Positions 60,353-64,000 of a stretch of DNA of 64,000 nucleotides are shown in pieces; the stretch's first letter is position 1, and every line of letters begins with the position of its first letter. The stretch lies in NCBI RefSeq assembly GCF_009914755.1, contig NC_060927.1. The stretch is one strand, 5' to 3'. Under the pieces are notes generated by a model. That model saw only the letters and a program-made list of their open reading frames with translations. It had not been told where the DNA came from and searched no databases. The translations under genes were made by a program, and so were the position numbers. Origin of the DNA: the human T2T-CHM13v2.0 reference genome, Homo sapiens.

Positions 60353-60384
<32 letters not shown>
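60322..60384. repeat. (CA)n-(CT)n compound microsatellite
   Basis: Seen directly. Confidence 0.93.
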
Positions 60385-60387
<3 letters not shown>

Positions 60388-61455
60388 GGCATCTTCGTGT
60401 TCCAGTCTGAACTGCTGGCCAGCCAGCCAGCCAGGTCAGGGATGAATGACAAGGTGGCCCAGAAGACCAGTCCTGGCAGCCACAGTGGCCGTGCCGAAGC
60501 CTGGTCTGTGCAGGGACTGTGGTCTTCATGGGTTGCTCAGGCAACTCAAGTATCTCACTACCCACAACCCGCAATGTGCTGCAGAAGCCAAGACGAACTT
60601 CATTAACACGCTTGACCTGTGGCAACCCTCATGACCCAGCAGCCCTGCAGAATCCAGCCAGGCTAGGAAACGCAGGGGCAGACAGTGAATAAATGTCTAC
60701 AGCCCTCCGCTAAGATTCTGTGACACTGTTTTCAGATACACCCACAAAAAGGAAGCACTAATAGACCCAGCTGGGGACAGTTTATAAAGCAGTTTCACAT
60801 GCAAGATAATCCCAATCACGCAAGATCATCAGAGCACAAATTTTCCTCCCCAGTTGCGAAGTCAGAAAATAGAGGTGGAGGGAGAGAGGACCTCTGGTTT
60901 AGAAGGGACTTGAGAAACACTCAAACATTGCTGTTGGGATTTTGCCAAACTCTGGAAAAGTCTGCCAAACTCTGGCAAATCGCCAAACTCTGGAAAAGTC
61001 TGCCAATTTTTTATAAAATGAAACAAGTAACTACCAAAAGACCCAGCTACTGTACTTTCAGGCATTTATATCAGAGAAATAAAAATTTATGTCCATACAA
61101 CAAAATGCAGCTTTATGCATACTAGCCGCAAACTGGGGACAACCAAGCTGTCCTTAAATGGATGGTTAAGCAAACTGGTATATTCGCATGATGAAATACG
61201 ACTCAGCAATTAAAAAGTGAATTACTGACACGCAACAACTGGAATGAACCTCTTGAGGATTATGTTGAGAAAAAAGGCCTATCTCAAAAGGTTACATACT
61301 TTAGGATTCCATTGATACACATTCTTGAAATACAGAAATGAAGGAGGAAATTAGTGGTTGCTACGGGTCAGAGGAGGTGGGTGTGGCTGTAAAAGGCAGC
61401 ACGAAGGATCTTTGTGGGGATAAACGTTCTCAGCTTGATGGTATCAAAGTCACTA

Positions 61456-61791
<336 letters not shown>

Positions 61792-61900
61792 CTATAGTTT
61801 TTGCAAGATGTTACCACTGGGGGAAAGTGGGTAAAGGATCTCTGTATTGCTTCTTACAACCTCATGGTAATCTACAATTATCTTAAAATTTAAAGTTTAA

Positions 61901-62188
61901 TTTTTTTTTTTTTTTTTTTTTGAGAGGGAGTCTCACTCTGTCACCCAGCCTGGAGTGCAGTGGCACGATCTCAGCTCACTGCAAGCTCTGCCTCCCGGGT
62001 TCACACCATTCTCCGAGTAGCTGGGACTACAGGCCCCCACCACCACGCCCAGCTAATTTTTTGTATTTTTAGTAGAGACGGGGCTTCACTGTGTTAGCCA
62101 GGATGGTGTCAATCTCCTGATCTCGTGATCCACCCGCCTCGGCCTCCCGAAGTGCTACGATTACAGGCGTGAGCCACCACGCACGGCC
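61901..62188 (-). mobile_element. AluY-like
   Basis: gcaagctctgcc, ttcacaccattctc and gttagccaggatggt diagnostics. TSD taaagtttaatttt. Confidence 0.9.
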
Positions 62189-62365
62189 TAAAGTTTAATT
62201 TTGAAAGAGAGAATGGGAAAGACTCAAGAGTCAACCAAATGAAACATGTAGTCAATTCAAGAATGTGAATCCTGCATGGATACTAGATGGCAATAAGGTG
62301 ATTATTTATTGTTAGTTTTGCTAAATGTAATAAAAATAGCGCATTTAATACAAATAGTACTTTCC

Positions 62366-62655
62366 AGCCAGTTGCGGTGGCTCACACCTGCAATCCCAGC
62401 ACTTTGGGAGGTCGCGGTGGGAGGATCACTTGAGGTCAGGAGTTCAGGACCAGCCTAAGCAACATGGTGAAACCCCATCTCTACTAAAAATACAAAAATT
62501 AGCCGGGCGTGGTGGCACGTGCCTGTAATCCCAGCTACTCAGGAGGCTGAGGCAGGAGAGTCACTTGAACCTGGAAGGCAGAGGTTGCAGTGAAAGATTT
62601 GGCCATTGCACTCCAGCCTGGGTGACAGAGCAAGACTCCGTCTCAAAAAAAAAAA
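62366..62655 (+). mobile_element. AluS
   Basis: TSD agtacttt. Confidence 0.9.
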
Positions 62656-63303
62656 GTACTTTTCTGTTAGAGAGACTTATCAAAATATTTAAAAATAAAA
62701 TAAGATCTGGTATTTGCTTCTGGGGGAGAAGGCGATGGGTGGGAGTCGAGATGAAAAGGGGCAGGCCATGAGTTGGTAACTACTGAAGCCGGTGATGAGT
62801 ACACAGGCATTCATTATGCTCTCCTCTCTCCTTCTGTGGATATTTGAAATTTTCCATAATAAAAGGTGGAGGGGGAAAAAAAAAGGCCCACGGAGGATGT
62901 TCAGTGCCTCGCCATCAGTAAGAGAGAGAAACAAGGCTTTAACCTGGGTCTTCAGACCCTTCTACCACAGGCTGAGCCAGCCTGGAAGAGCCACGAGGGC
63001 AGGTGAGGAGCTGCCCCGGGCAGACTGTGGGATGGCTCGCGGGTCTGAGGAGCGCCTGGGGCATCGGGCCTGCAGGTCCCATGTTGTTGCTCCCTAATCA
63101 GCATATGGTGTGCAAAGCAGCCCCACACACAGTTGGTGGCACTGCAGATGGAGGCCACCAGGCCCGGGAGACTCAGCTACATCAGAGATGCCACACGTCT
63201 GGCTGGGCAGGAGGGCTCCAGGAAACAGCCAGCCCTGCCCTTCTTCAACAGAGGGTTTGGAGGTTCTCAGGCAACAGGAAAACAGTGACTTTATTCTACT
63301 CAC

Positions 63304-63377
63304 CTTGGAAAGTGGGACCGACAGACAGGCCTTCTGTTATGTGCAAGATGTTCTACCTTGTACAAGAGGTGTACACT
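63304..63377 (-). other. Candidate 74-bp cassette (poison) exon in the XXYLT1 intron
   Basis: Acceptor ctatcttttttccatag|AG and donor CAAG|gtgagt. In-frame TAA if entered in phase 1. Confidence 0.35.
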
Positions 63378-63497
63378 CTATGGAAAAAAGATAGCCTTGC
63401 TCAAATACCACATCCTCCTCAAAGCCTTCCCCAAATTCCTTAGCCAAAGGTGCCGCCTCCTTGGCACTTCACAGCTCTCTCTGTGCTGAGATCCCCT

Positions 63498-64000
63498 TGT
63501 ATCAGTTACCTACTGCTGCATAACAAGTTAACCCAAAACTTAGCAGCTGCAAACAACAAATATTTATTTATCTTACAGATAAATAAATAAGCTGTAAGAT
63601 AAATATGTTATTTATCTGAGACAATTCAGGCAAGCTTAGCCTCTGGCCCACGGGCTGCAATCAAGGTTGGCTAGGGCTCAACTATGTAAAGACTCAATTC
63701 CCCTCTCACTCGTGTGGCTGCTGGTGGGCCTCAGATCCTCCCTGGCTGCTGGCCAGAGACATCAGTTCCTCACCATGCAGGCCTCTCCACAGGGCAGCTC
63801 ATATCATGGCAGCTGAATTCCTCCAGGCAAGGCTCAGAGAGAGAGACAGAAAGTGCCCAAGACAGAAGCAGCAGGCTTTTATAACACAGTCCCAGAGTGA
63901 CAGGCCATCACTTTTGCCAGATTCTATTCACTAGAAGCATGTCAATAAGTCCAGCCTACATCAAGGGACAGGGACCCACCAGGGCACGACTCCTAGGAGG
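63498..64000 (-). mobile_element. MaLR LTR (MLT1E/F-like)
   Basis: tgtatcagttacctactgctgcataacaagttaacccaaaacttagcag. Confidence 0.75.

Overview
Repeat-rich primate (very likely human) genomic DNA, almost entirely intronic. The only firmly supported coding element is a 133-bp minus-strand exon (12330-12462) encoding EILQIIQLDLDLKFKTNIRELFEEFDSFLPGAIIGIAREMQPVYR. I recognise it as the DxD-containing internal exon of XXYLT1 (xyloside xylosyltransferase 1, a GT8-type Notch O-glucose elongating enzyme on 3q29). The rest is about 25 Alus, a 7SL retrocopy, a degraded ~6-kb L1M, solo LTRs (MER50, THE1, MER66, MLT1-type), DNA-transposon MITEs, MIR/L2 fragments and tandem repeats. Plus-strand splice signals at ~3.8-8.8 kb fit an antisense lncRNA. 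I found no convincing new biological system. The best leads are: (1) an LTR-derived minus-strand exon (ATG 31561, phase-1 donor 31519) that joins in frame to the DxD exon, with a GC-box/donor cluster ~1.2 kb upstream; (2) a 74-bp poison-exon candidate; (3) two ~120-135-bp dispersed local duplications, one inside an LTR; (4) a 68-bp VNTR with trimeric higher-order structure; (5) a nested, almost spacerless inverted Alu pair. All repeat family names come from recalled consensus sequences, not a database search.
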